Under the pieces are notes generated by a model. It had not been told where the DNA came from, ran no database searches, and was given only the letters and a program-made list of their open reading frames with translations. A program made the position numbers and the translations under genes. Below are positions 26,733 to 35,339 of a stretch of 64,000 bases of DNA, piece by piece. Source of the stretch: Octopus sinensis (Eukaryota); NCBI RefSeq assembly GCF_006345805.1, contig NC_043002.1:107074001-107138000 (forward strand), written 5' to 3'. Numbering within the stretch: position 1 is the first letter of the stretch; each line of letters starts with the position of its first letter.

Positions 26733-28144
26733 ATAAGCTTCAATTCCTGTCTACCAAATCCACTCACAAGGCTTTAGTCGGCTCGAGGCTATAGTAGAAG
26801 GTACTTGCCCAAGGTGCCACACAGTGGGACTGAACCCAGAACCATGTGGTTGGTAAACAAGTTTCTTACCCCGCTGCCACTCCTGCGCTGTCCATCAAAT
26901 ACACACCACACACACATATAACTAACTGGTACTCCGTCAGTTATGATGATGAGGGTCCTAGCTGATCCAATCAACATAGCAGCCTGCTCATGAAGTGCTA
27001 GATTCCCTTGTTCTTTTGAAAATATAAGGACACAGATTGTGTCGTATAGCCAGCTGGAGACGAGGTTTCCTGGGGCTAAATTAGGGTTAGGGTTAGGATT
27101 TAGAACATTCATGTAACTAGTTGTCACTTTGAAAACTATGTATTTCGAATGGGAATTTGGCAGTGCCACCTCTAGCCAAATAATTATTCTGTGCTGATGA
27201 AGGGAAATAACCCTGAAATTGTGATACACAGATATTGTTTTGAGCTGAGTGGGGGTGCTAGATTCTTGTTTGAAAATATAAGGGCACAGATCATGTCGTA
27301 TAGCCAGCTGGAGACGATGTCCCATGGGACTAAATTACAGCAACATTCATCCTAAACCAGGACTGCAATGTTATGTTGGCAAACAATTTTTACTACAGTG
27401 ACTTACTTGTTTTTGGTGGAATATAGACCCCCCCCCCATTCCTCACACCTCCCTCTCTCCCCACACACTATAAAGATGAAAAATACTCCCCAAAATGTAG
27501 TGAATGAGGCGTGAAGGAAGTTGTGAAGTGAATAATAAAATGGTTTTCCTTGTGAATTGTTGTTTCCAGGCTACGAGTGCTCTGGATGCGGAGAGCGAAC
27601 ATTTGGTACAGCAAGCCATCGACAGAGCATTGGTTGGTCGAACAGTGATTGTCATTGCACATCGGTTGTCAACTGTAAGAAACGCAGCACAGGTAATGGC
27701 TTCTACTTCTGTTAACATTTATGCTTAAGTTTTGGGGAGGCATCCTACACACACACACACACAGATTGATTGTGTCGGGAACAATGAGAACTTTTTGAAA
27801 ACTATGCCTAGGCCTCTGAGCAGGTATCGCCAAGCTTTTGGCAAAATTTGATGCAGATTCTCTACTCAACTTTCTCTGCCATGGTCAATGTGACGATCAC
27901 ATGCTACACCTGTTCCTTCCAAGCATTGCTTTAAACACCGGAAGTGAGCTAGAATGTTAAAACTTAGTGCACATGCACAGCAGAGGTCAAGGTCAATCTG
28001 TGTTGAGTGGCTTCACTCTGTGCTTTAGCTTCGTTACTATGGCAACAGTCTGAATACTTATTGATCAGACCACACACACACACACATTTAATTCCTAGTT
28101 TTGTCTTTTTTGCTGTTTTATTTTCATTTTGTTTGGTAGTTATG

Positions 28145-28179
<35 letters not shown>

Positions 28180-28677
28180 CGTGTGTATGGCTGGAGAGGA
28201 AAAGAGAGAATCTGAATAAGAAAGAGTGTGTGTGAGAAGTTGAGAGAGAGAGAGAGGAAAAGAGTGGCATAGTGTGTGTGTGTGTGTGGTGTGTGTGTGT
28301 GTGTGTATGTATTTCTTTATTTTCGTTTTTTCTTCCTCTTTGCTATCTCCTTGTGTTTCCTCCCTCAGGTCCTTGTCATTGACAAAGGTTGCATAGTTGA
28401 ACAAGGAACCCACGACGAGCTGCTGGCGTTGAATGGAGTTTACAAAAGGCTCGTCGTTCGTCAGCTGGCTGTCCCCGGTAACATCGATGCCCCTAAGCAT
28501 CCCGCAACTGCCGAAAACCAGAACCTCTTCCAGCCATCTGAAGTTTACCCAGAGAACATGCTGTCGGCGGCACCGCTTAGCCGCAGTCTTCCAGCCACGG
28601 CATCAGTCCCCATTCACTCTCGAAGTCATCAGCCAATCGCAGAAGAATGTCTGGCAGGGAGTCCAGCGATACACTGA
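611..28677 (+). CDS. ABCB-family half transporter (TMD+NBD; TAP/ABCB9/ABCB10-like), 14 coding exons in window, 5' part upstream of window
   Basis: The spliced exons give a continuous 625-aa frame. It contains the ABC membrane-domain motif [18 protein letters not shown], Walker [10 protein letters not shown]-loop VGQEP, signature LSGGQKQR, Walker B/D-loop LLLLDEATSALD and H-loop IAHRLST. All introns are GT-AG with consistent phases. The exact orthologue is not determined. Confidence 0.95.
1860..2033 (-). mobile_element. Penelope-like terminal-repeat fragment with decayed hammerhead (same family as 36975-37065 and 37347-37462)
   Basis: Minus strand reads GACAC-CTGATGA-A-GGCTG-loop-CAGCC-AAAAT-GTT-GTGTT, with GAAAC mutated to AAAAT. 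Confidence 0.6.
2146..2225 (-). mobile_element. Short tRNA-derived SINE with (AAT)n tail (second copy about 26543-26625)
   Basis: Minus strand has an A box TGGCGTAGTGG and a B box GAGTTCAATTCC followed by an AAT/GAT microsatellite tail; no full cloverleaf. Confidence 0.7.
2436..2610 (+). CDS. ABCB exon b (DALNKTVL...[28 protein letters not shown])
   Basis: Acceptor TTCAG at 2431-2435 and donor GTAAAT at 2611; phase 1 to 2. Confidence 0.93.
2633..2800 (+). mobile_element. 5' part of Helentron-associated (HINE/DINE-1-like) element
   Basis: Starts ATTACCTCCGCCAAGG followed by a GTCTGTCCGTCTG microsatellite; 3' end not located. Confidence 0.55.
3128..3630 (-). mobile_element. 5'-truncated CR1-clade LINE 3' end
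   Basis: Minus [25 protein letters not shown]...TRGH...[17 protein letters not shown]...SFK ends at the stop 3281-3283, followed by a 3' UTR and (TTA)n tail; typical CR1 ORF2 C-terminus. Confidence 0.9.
3735..3865 (+). mobile_element. Mini HINE/Helentron-type element (about 130 bp)
   Basis: 5' subTIR TTACCCCTGCCAA, 3' subTIR TTGGTGGAGG (3828-3837), hairpin GCACTC-TCC-GAGTGC (3841-3855), ends CTAGTT. Confidence 0.65.
5477..5537 (+). CDS. ABCB exon c ([20 protein letters not shown])
   Basis: Acceptor TTTCAG and donor GTAAGT at 5538; conserved ABCB coupling-helix motif. Confidence 0.95.
5780..6200. mobile_element. Unclassified interspersed-repeat-like segment
   Basis: Complex, GC-richer block bounded by microsatellites; only one copy in this window, so family and orientation are not established. 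Confidence 0.3.
6273..6408 (+). CDS. ABCB exon d ([12 protein letters not shown]...GAVQY)
   Basis: AAG acceptor after a (TTTA)n tract and donor GTAAG at 6409. Confidence 0.92.
6497..6714 (+). mobile_element. SINE family B (tRNA-like head plus GCCTTTCATCCTTTCGGGGTCGATAAATTAAGTACCAG core)
   Basis: Same sequence recurs at 12757-12973, 12987-13204, 21321-21504, 35506-35738 and many partial sites. Confidence 0.85.
7195..7490. repeat. 18-bp minisatellite (ACACACACAGGTG[T/C]GCAT), about 16 copies
   Basis: Direct inspection; the ORF track repeats [12 protein letters not shown]. Confidence 0.95.
7837..8025 (+). CDS. ABCB exon e ([13 protein letters not shown]...[16 protein letters not shown]...AVQ)
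   Basis: Acceptor TTTCAG and donor GTAAGT at 8026; EAA-like motif [14 protein letters not shown]. Confidence 0.95.
9554..9920 (-). mobile_element. SINE family A, divergent full-length copy
   Basis: Matches the family A copies at 36258, 38671 and 41652. Confidence 0.8.
10050..10360 (-). mobile_element. RTE-clade LINE ORF2 C-terminal fragment
   Basis: Minus translation [25 protein letters not shown]...[27 protein letters not shown]. Confidence 0.85.
10398..10787 (-). mobile_element. SINE family C with 13-bp TSD
   Basis: tRNA-like head; GTCCAGACCACAT is duplicated at 10385-10397 and 10788-10800. Confidence 0.92.
10890..11000 (+). CDS. ABCB exon f (GTLDGSVGF...LWYGGKLV...GLLT)
   Basis: Acceptor TTACAG and donor GTAAGT at 11001; LWYGG motif. 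Confidence 0.94.
13315..13388 (+). CDS. ABCB exon g ([25 protein letters not shown])
   Basis: Acceptor TTGCAG and donor GTAAGT at 13389. Confidence 0.93.
13695..14100 (-). mobile_element. SINE family A, full length
   Basis: Head GGCG(G)AGGAGTGGCTGTGTGG, internal TA/TG microsatellite, GTAAAAGA-repeat tail. Confidence 0.9.
14420..14929. mobile_element. Foldback element with 93-bp inverted arms and TG/CA core
   Basis: 14420-14512 is the reverse complement of 14837-14929 with a few mismatches. Confidence 0.8.
15679..15772 (+). CDS. ABCB exon h ([16 protein letters not shown]...KIDG)
   Basis: Acceptor TTGTAG and donor GTAAG at 15773; [14 protein letters not shown] motif. Confidence 0.95.
16589..16937 (+). 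mobile_element. Family F retroposon end: 66-bp tandem units plus GGAAGGGCATCCAGCTGTAGAAAC tail plus (GAT)n
   Basis: GTGGCATGTAAAAAGCACC-type motif recurs at about 16591, 16656, 16722 and 16788. The same tail occurs at about 4360-4560(-), 4700-5090(-), 8060-8250, 9090-9290, 11535-11735(-) and 20690-21150. Confidence 0.8.
17068..17393 (-). mobile_element. Chimeric SINE (family D) nested in a family B SINE, 13-bp TSD
   Basis: TSD TCAATGAAATAAA at 17055-17067 and 17394-17406; the 5' half resembles family E and the 3' half resembles family C. Confidence 0.85.
17802..18182 (+). mobile_element. Non-autonomous Helitron, 381 bp
   Basis: A|TC start, 3' hairpin region CCTGAGCAACGCCGG, CTAG|T end; near-identical 381-bp copy at 37645-38025. 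Confidence 0.88.
18183..18481 (+). mobile_element. Second non-autonomous Helitron, 299 bp, head-to-tail with the first
   Basis: TC start, hairpin CCCGAGCAACGCCGGG, CCAG|T end; shares about 60 bp of 3' terminus with 17802-18182. Confidence 0.8.
18627..18700 (+). mobile_element. hAT-like left terminus fragment
   Basis: Starts CAGTGGTTCTCAACCAGGGG, a typical hAT/Charlie-type TIR start; right end not found. Confidence 0.45.
18786..19153 (+). mobile_element. SINE family E (second copy 38118-38455)
   Basis: tRNA-like head TGGCTCAGTGGTTAGAGC...GAGTTCAATTCC; body shared with the 38118 copy. Confidence 0.85.
19153..19500. repeat. Long imperfect (TA)n array
   Basis: Direct inspection. Confidence 0.95.
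20444..20505 (+). CDS. ABCB exon i ([21 protein letters not shown])
   Basis: Acceptor TTGCAG and donor GTAAT at 20506; A-loop YPSRP. Confidence 0.95.
21200..21320. repeat. Compound trinucleotide array (GTT)n(GAT)n(GAA)n
   Basis: Direct inspection. Confidence 0.95.
21548..21674 (+). CDS. ABCB exon j (Walker A GPSGGGKS)
   Basis: Acceptor TTTCAG and donor GTAAGT at 21675. Confidence 0.97.
22106..22400 (-). pseudogene. Helitron RepHel PIF1-helicase C-terminal fragment with one frameshift
   Basis: [40 protein letters not shown]...LHL / [14 protein letters not shown]...[18 protein letters not shown], stop at 22106-22108. Confidence 0.92.
22410..22631 (+). mobile_element. piggyBac-type MITE, 222 bp
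   Basis: TTAA-CCCTTT...AAAGGG-TTAA, with TTAA at 22406-22409 and 22632-22635. Confidence 0.85.
22663..22884 (+). mobile_element. piggyBac-type MITE, second copy
   Basis: TTAA-CCCTTTTG...AAAGTG-TTGA; internal sequence matches 22410-22631. Confidence 0.8.
23176..23309 (+). CDS. ABCB exon k (Q-loop VGQEPTLF)
   Basis: Acceptor CTCAG and donor GTACAC at 23310. Confidence 0.95.
23395..23775 (+). mobile_element. SINE family C with 15-bp TSD
   Basis: CATTATTCTTAATGT at 23380-23394 and 23776-23790. Confidence 0.93.
25135..25520. repeat. Degenerate (CAT)n array
   Basis: Direct inspection. Confidence 0.9.
25629..25799 (+). CDS. ABCB exon l (signature LSGGQ, Walker B LLLLDE)
   Basis: Acceptor TTACAG and donor GTGAGT at 25800. 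Confidence 0.97.
25854..26074 (-). mobile_element. piggyBac-type MITE, third copy (inverted)
   Basis: TTAA at 25850-25853 and 26075-26078; CCCTTT/AAAGGG termini. Confidence 0.85.
26125..26280 (+). mobile_element. Non-LTR (RTE-like) reverse-transcriptase fragment
   Basis: [29 protein letters not shown]...ALNLKMS; FTDD is a degenerate FADD catalytic motif. Confidence 0.75.
26995..27337 (+). mobile_element. 260-bp-period direct-repeat element containing a hammerhead and TTAGGG repeats (Penelope-pLTR/retrozyme-like)
   Basis: Direct repeats 26995-27083 and 27255-27337; inverted third copy 26627-26682. Confidence 0.65.
27188..27232 (+). ncRNA. Type I hammerhead ribozyme motif, sense to ABCB pre-mRNA
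   Basis: TCTGTG-CTGATGA-AGGG-AAATAA-CCCT-GAAA-T-TGTG-ATA-CACAGA: 6-bp stem I, 4-bp stem II, complete core, NUH = AUA. Confidence 0.75.
27570..27692 (+). CDS. ABCB exon m (ATSALD...IAHRLSTV)
   Basis: Acceptor TTCCAG and donor GTAAT at 27693; D-loop and H-loop. Confidence 0.97.
28369..28677 (+). CDS. ABCB terminal coding exon (VLVIDKG...GTHDELL...RQL plus 69-aa tail, TGA)
   Basis: Acceptor CCTCAG at 28363-28368; open frame to TGA at 28675-28677. Confidence 0.92.
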   Translation, partial: VLVIDKGCIVEQGTHDELLALNGVYKRLVVRQLAVPGNIDAPKHPATAENQNLFQPSEVYPENMLSAAPLSRSLPATASVPIHSRSHQPIAEECLAGSPAIH

Positions 28678-28880
28678 TTCCTCCGTCTCCTCTGACCTCA
28701 CCTCCTCACATTATGGTTTTTTTTTTCCTTCTTATTTTTTTCAAGGGAAGTGGAGAAGGGGGGAGGGTGTTGAAATGGCAGTGGTCTGTCATGTTTTTTT
28801 TTTGTTTGTTTGTAAATTTGAAGCTGCAGCTCAGAATATTCTTGAAGTATAAAAACAAAAAGCAAACAATATAAAAAAAA

Positions 28881-28900
28881 AATAAAAGAAAAGCAATAAA
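28881..28900 (+). promoter_or_regulatory. Candidate polyadenylation signals (two AATAAA)
   Basis: AATAAA at 28881 and 28895, about 200 nt after the stop. Both sit in an A-rich tract and could be chance. Confidence 0.25.
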
Positions 28901-29004
28901 AAAAAAGCAGAAAGAATTATGAGAAAAATGGAATTCATTTCCATTCAAGAAGCAGAAATTTTAACAATAATGTGTGTGAATGAGTCAGATTGTGAGTGTG
29001 TGTA

Positions 29005-29041
<37 letters not shown>

Positions 29042-29076
29042 ATGTGTGGTTGATAATTTGCCTAGAACTCTTTTAA

Positions 29077-29300
29077 CCTTTTCGTTACCATATTCCTGTT
29101 GAGATGCTCTGTGTTTCTTTCAGTTAATTTTAAATATAACAAAAGAATTTAGTAAAATTATTTAGTAATTATTAAGCTAGTGTTAAGAACATAAATTGGG
29201 ACTAAGGTTTGGTGGAAGATTTTAATTCAGAACTTTTGAAAACAAGACATTTGTACTACAGAGCCCAGAGGTGGTTTCAGGTGGGTTCGTATCAAAAAGG
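29077..29300 (-). mobile_element. piggyBac-type MITE, fourth copy (inverted, degenerate ends)
   Basis: TTAA-CCTTTT...AAAAGG-CTAA; body matches 25854-26074. Confidence 0.8.
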
Positions 29301-30256
29301 CTAAACAGGATGTGCCTGTAAATTTTTTTGTGCATTTTTAAAGAAGACAATATCCTAATGTGTTTGCTTTATATTAAGGGCTAGGATCTGGAAGTGTATA
29401 GAATACCTTCCCTGTTTTGTTTTTTAAGATATTTCCACAGCAAAGAAAATATTTAGTATGTTTCTTTTTTTTTTTTTTTGCTTCTTTCTGTAAGACCTTA
29501 GTGTTGTCTTTCAATTCGTTGGACATAATGTCATCTTGCTATCTGCTTTATTTTATTTCTGCAAAGGGACTGTTGGGACGGATTGCGACAACAAATTACA
29601 ACATGGTTTGGATTTTCATCAAATATATCATTAAATAATATATCAAATATGTTAACCCTTAAACAACAGACATCTTCAATTTAGGTTTAAAAAATGTGAC
29701 ATGGCGAGAGCCATCATCAGAAAAAAGTGAATATTTTATGGCACATTTTCAATGAGATTGTAAATTTTATTGAGTGAGAGGCTAACTATCATTATAGTTT
29801 TTGTGAGCGGCTATGTATTATAATAAATTTTCAAAGTGAAAATAAGTATAAAAAGGGATATTTTTTTTGGTTTTTGCCCATTTCGCACATACATTTATGC
29901 AACCATTTTCTGCCATTTAAGGATTTAATGATATGTTAAATTATTCCACATTAAGATGTGCAGAATGATATATGCAACTATATATTATATTAAATAATTT
30001 ATTAAATTATATATTATAAATTATTAAATTATAAGTTACAGTAAATATTGTATTTTAACGTGGATAAGGAACCCCTTAATTTTTAGGGCTTGAAATTTTG
30101 AAAAAAAGTTTTGTAAGGGATTAGGTAAATTTTGGTAAGTGCACCTGCATTTATCAGGTAATGTGTTTCATTTTTGTGTGGGGAGAGAAAGAGAGACTGA
30201 GAAAGATAGATGAGAGACTGTGGATGTAATAAGAAAGAAAGGGCCTTCTATGGAAT

Positions 30257-30588
30257 GGGATGGAAGCACTCCGTCGGTTACGACGACAAAGGTTCCGGTT
30301 GATCCGATCAACGGAACAGGCTGCTCGTGAAATTAACGTGTAAGTGGTTGAGCACTCCGCAGACACGTGTACCCTTTGAAATACAGGTACAACAGAAACA
30401 GGAAGTAAGAGTGAGAGAAAGTTGTGGTGAAAGAGTACAGCAGGGATCACCACCATCCCTGCCGGAGCGTCGTGGAGCTTTAAGTGTTTTCGCTCAATAA
30501 ACACTCACAACGCCCGGTCTGGGAATCGAAACCGCAATCCTATGACCGCGAGTCCGCTGCCCTAACCACTGGGCCATTGCGCCTCCAC
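30257..30588 (-). mobile_element. SINE family C with internal deletion, 10-bp TSD
   Basis: TCTATGGAAT at 30247-30256 and 30589-30598; about 55-60 bp deleted between CCCTT microhomologies. Confidence 0.9.
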
Positions 30589-30820
30589 TCTATGGAATAC
30601 AAAAATACAGATTTAATAGTCTCAGTGAGCACGAGTAGGTACTTTTTGGTAGATGAATGCCATTTGTGACGGCCGCTTTATGCACATGCCATTGCTTGAC
30701 GAACGCAGAGTGACTCATCCATTAGGACGTCGCAACCCGTTGGATGTTGGCCGGAGGCTTGTGATGTTGTAAGTCATGGAAGTGTGAGGTTCAAGGAATT
30801 AAGTAATTTATTATCTATAA

Positions 30821-30908
30821 TACTATCCATGTATAAGAAACTCCCATATTTTTTTAACCTAATTTTTGACAAAAAAAAAGGGTTCTTTATACATGTTAAA
30901 ATACGGTA
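30821..30908. mobile_element. Small pogo/Tc1-like MITE remnant
   Basis: CATGTATAAG...TTATACATG inverted match; right end AAAATACGGTA. Confidence 0.35.
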
Positions 30909-31284
30909 ATTTATTACCTGCTTGATTTTCATTGAATATTATAACACATCAAATGTTTTAAAACCATTTTCATCAAATATTTATCATGCATCAAACGATT
31001 TAAGACTTATTTTCCTCTGTTAAAAAGGAGGTTAATATTGTGGGGCTCCATGATAGAGAATTAATCTTAATCCCTCTGGTTACTCTCTTGAGGAAGTATT
31101 TTTTTTCAGTCAGAAGTCCTTGTTGTCTTGGACCCTTCTCTTGCGCAGCATACAAGGGTATGGTGGGTCTATTCTAAAACTGAGGTACACATAGTAAAGA
31201 TGAAGTATGGTTGGAATGATAACTGCAAAGAAATAATTGTGATAAATAATGCTGTGGTTATTTATATATTCTATTTGGTGAGAT

Positions 31285-31320
<36 letters not shown>

Positions 31321-31400
31321 GGTCAATGTAATCGACTTGTCCCTTCCCCCCAAATTTCAGACCTTGTGACTATAGCAGAAAGGATTATTATTATTATTAC

Positions 31401-31448
<48 letters not shown>

Positions 31449-32421
31449 GCCAAGGTCGACTTTGTCTTTCATCCTTTTGGGGATTAATAAATTAAGTACC
31501 AGTGAAACACTGGGGGGTCAATGTAATCGACTGGTCCCCTCCCATCCAATTTGAGGACTTGTGCCTCCAGTAGAAAGGATTATTGTTGTTGTTGTTGTTG
31601 TCGTTATTATTATTATTATTATTATTAATATTATTCCGCTGTGGTCAACTTTGCCTTTCATCCTTTCTGGGGTGATAAATTAAGTACCAGTTACACATGG
31701 AGGTTGATGTAATCAACTGGTCCCATCTGCCAAATTTCAGTATAAAGGATTATTATTATTATAATTATTATTATTATTATTACTGTTGTTGTTGTTGTTG
31801 TTTTGGACATTTTCTACTGCCCCACCATACACAGTTATGTGTTTTTAGATCTGTCTTAGTAAATTGTATCAGTTTTGCATTATTGTTGGGTTTGATTTGG
31901 TTTGGTTTGGTTTGTTTGTGATGTTGTTTTCGTGTTTCATGTGTTGTGTGGTGGATGTATAATGTGGTGTATGTTTAATTTGTTGTGTGGTGTTTGTGGC
32001 TTGTATGTGTTGTGTGATTGGCAGTGTTGTTGTTGTTCTTATTAAGGTGGTGAGTTGGTAGAATTGTTTGAACATTGGACTGAATGTCTGGGGCTATCAC
32101 TTTTGGCTCTTTATGTTCTGAATTCAAATTCCGTTGAGGTTCACGTTACCTTTCATCCTTCGAGGGACAATAAAACAAGTACCAGTTATGCACTGGAGGT
32201 CGGTGTAATCAACTGACCCCCAACCCCTCCTCTTGTGCCAAAATTTGAAACAGTTATTTCTACTTTAATGTATATAAGTTAACAGTAATCTTTTTGTTCC
32301 CTTTGTAATCACATGATCTTAGGTTCAATCTCACTGCAAGGCACCTTGGGCATGTGTCTGGACCCAGGCTGACCAATGCTTTGTGAATGAATTTGGTCGA
32401 TGGAAACTGTAGCAAGCTTGT

Positions 32422-32469
<48 letters not shown>

Positions 32470-33232
32470 TGAATATTGATGTTACACTTGTCACTCAAAT
32501 TCTTCAAAGGTCGAATTTACCTTTCATCCTTTTGGAGTTGATAAAATAAAGTACCAGCTGAGCACTGGGGTCGATGTAATTGACTTACCCTTTCACCTGA
32601 AATTGCTGGCCTTGTGCCAAAATTTGAAACCACTTCTACACTTTCCACTTGATTGAAGTGGTCCTTATTTCAGTTTCCGTCTACCAAATCCACTCACAAG
32701 GCTTTGGTTGGCTGGAAGCTATAGTAGAAGACACTTGCCCAAGGTGCCACGAGGCGGGACTGAACATGGAACCATGTGGGTGAGAAGCAAGCTACTTGCA
32801 TACCTATACATCATCATTGACATCTTAATGTCCACTTTCCCAAACTTGCATGGATCAGATGAAAGTTGTTGAGGCTGATTTTTGTCTGGTCGGATGCCTT
32901 TCCTGCTTCCAACCTTTCCCTTGTTTCCAAGCAACATAATATTCTTGTATGGCCAGACACGATTCCACAGGATATTTCCAATGAAGGACGCCACTTGTAT
33001 GACAATGTCAAAGCAAGGACACAGTAACACATACACACATGCAAAAAATATACATATGCACACACAATGGGATTCCCACCTACCAAAACCGCTAGCAAGG
33101 CTTTGATTGACATGGGTCAATAGTAGAAGGTGCATGCTCGAGGTGCCATGCAGTGGGATTGAACCCAGAACCATGTGGTTGGGAAACAAACTTCTTATCA
33201 CACAGTCACTCCCGCATGTGCTTACATATGTA

Positions 33233-33276
<44 letters not shown>

Positions 33277-33615
33277 CATCTATTTATATATATATATCCA
33301 TCTCTCTCTCTATATATATATATAAGCACAAATAAAGGTTACAAACCTCATTAAGGGATAACAAAATCCTATGAAATCACTGGTTACTTACCTGTACAAA
33401 GAATATTGGACATTACAATTAATACTCAACTGCAGGGTGACTATATAAACTGTGGTTTGTATATATTTATTATAATAAAATGAGAAAATAGAGGTAATTA
33501 ATAAATTACTATTTATCAATTAAAAATTTGACAATTTTGTAATTAATAAATAATAATTTATTAATAACCTATCTATTTTCTCATATATATATATATATAT
33601 ACACATACAAACATC

Positions 33616-33666
<51 letters not shown>

Positions 33667-33852
33667 GTATGGATCAAAACAGTTTGATTCAAATTCATTG
33701 CTACTCTTGAGTTTCAAGTGTGATGCTAGTCTTCAGCCATTTTGAATATGATTCAAATTCAAAATGACTGATGACTGACACTGCTTTGATCCATACATTG
33801 TAACTCCCAATAAATCGGTTGAGTGCCCCTCTTTCATTTGTCAAACTCACTC

Positions 33853-33885
<33 letters not shown>

Positions 33886-33894
33886 CACATATAC

Positions 33895-33945
<51 letters not shown>

Positions 33946-34419
33946 TATATATACATGTACATATGTGCACACGCACACATACAATTATAGTCTTAAAGGA
34001 TGATTTATTTATTGTTGTTGTTTAACTCTGGTTGAGTGGATGTCTGTGATGGGGGTGAAGGGAGGGTGGGGTGGCTAATTAAAGTAATGTTTAATTGGTG
34101 ATGTACAGATGAACATGCAAGGATGGGTGTGTGTATGTGTGTGTGTGTTTGTGGTGGGGGAGCAGTTGGGATTCGGTGGGCAAGTGAAGCTGTCCTGATA
34201 GCTAGGCTGTAAAATATATCATCTCGTTAAAGACAGCAACGAGTTTTGTTGAAATGATGCCGGTTGTTACATTGAATTGGTCAGGTGACCCTGAATTAGT
34301 TGTTGTTGTTGTTGTTGTTGTTCACTTGTTGACTAGTTTTTTTAAAAAATTTTATTTATTCTGTTTATTAATAAACTATTTTATTTTGTGTGCGAGTACA
34401 TCGTGTGTGTATATGCGCA

Positions 34420-34470
<51 letters not shown>

Positions 34471-35288
34471 GTGATGGTCTTTATTTAATTTTAATTGGAT
34501 CACAACTTAATTACAAGGAAACAGAAAGAGAAAGGTAAAAAGGTAGGGGGATTAAGCAACAGAAGATGGAGCGGGGGAGGGGGGCAACGGGGGTCCCCCC
34601 CCTCCCTGAATAATGGTATGCTCAGTTGTGCCCTGCGGTCATGACTGCAACGGCGTTGCCAAGAGAATAATGGCCAGTGACACTTGCTGCAGCAGTCAAT
34701 TTATATCTCAGGGGGCTCATTTCTCAGATGGGCCACCATTATCCTGATTTTGTGGAGGAAATCAGTAGTGCAGGGTTGGGGAACACTTGTATTTATTTAC
34801 TTTTTTCTCTTCTCTGTTATGGGTGGCGATACCCAGGTTTGCAGCTGATGCAGCGAAGCTGGGGGGTAGTAAAATGTTGGCCTCTCAACACAATCCCTCC
34901 TCTAAATCCTGTCTGTTAATTAATATTTAATATTTAGTATGTTAATATTTAATATGTTATGTTTTTTCTTTTTCTTGTGATTTTGGTTTGTGTATTTTTT
35001 TTCCAGTTTAGAGATTTTATTTAAAGACATTTTGAAAACAGACGACTTGAATTAAAAAAGAAAAACAAAGAACAAAATTATTTGTGATGAATTCCCCCCT
35101 CTTCCCTCCTTTTTCTTCCCCTCACTTTCTCATTTTTTTTTTTCAAAGATCTTTACCCTCGACTGTAATATCAATAAAGAAATCATGAACGTATGTCAAC
35201 AGTTTTTTAATGAAAATATCTGCTTCCTTCCTTAACGAATTGTTGTTCTTGTGCTTTCTCACAGTAATCAGTTTTTGTTATTTCACAC

Positions 35289-35339
<51 letters not shown>

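Noticed and set aside
28433-28852. 139-aa ORF overlapping the ABCB last exon in another frame
   Set aside because: No recognisable motif; explained by GC-richer coding sequence with few stops.
29695-29725. Minus-strand CTGATGA-TGGC-TCTC-GCCA
   Set aside because: Lacks GAAA and stems I and III.
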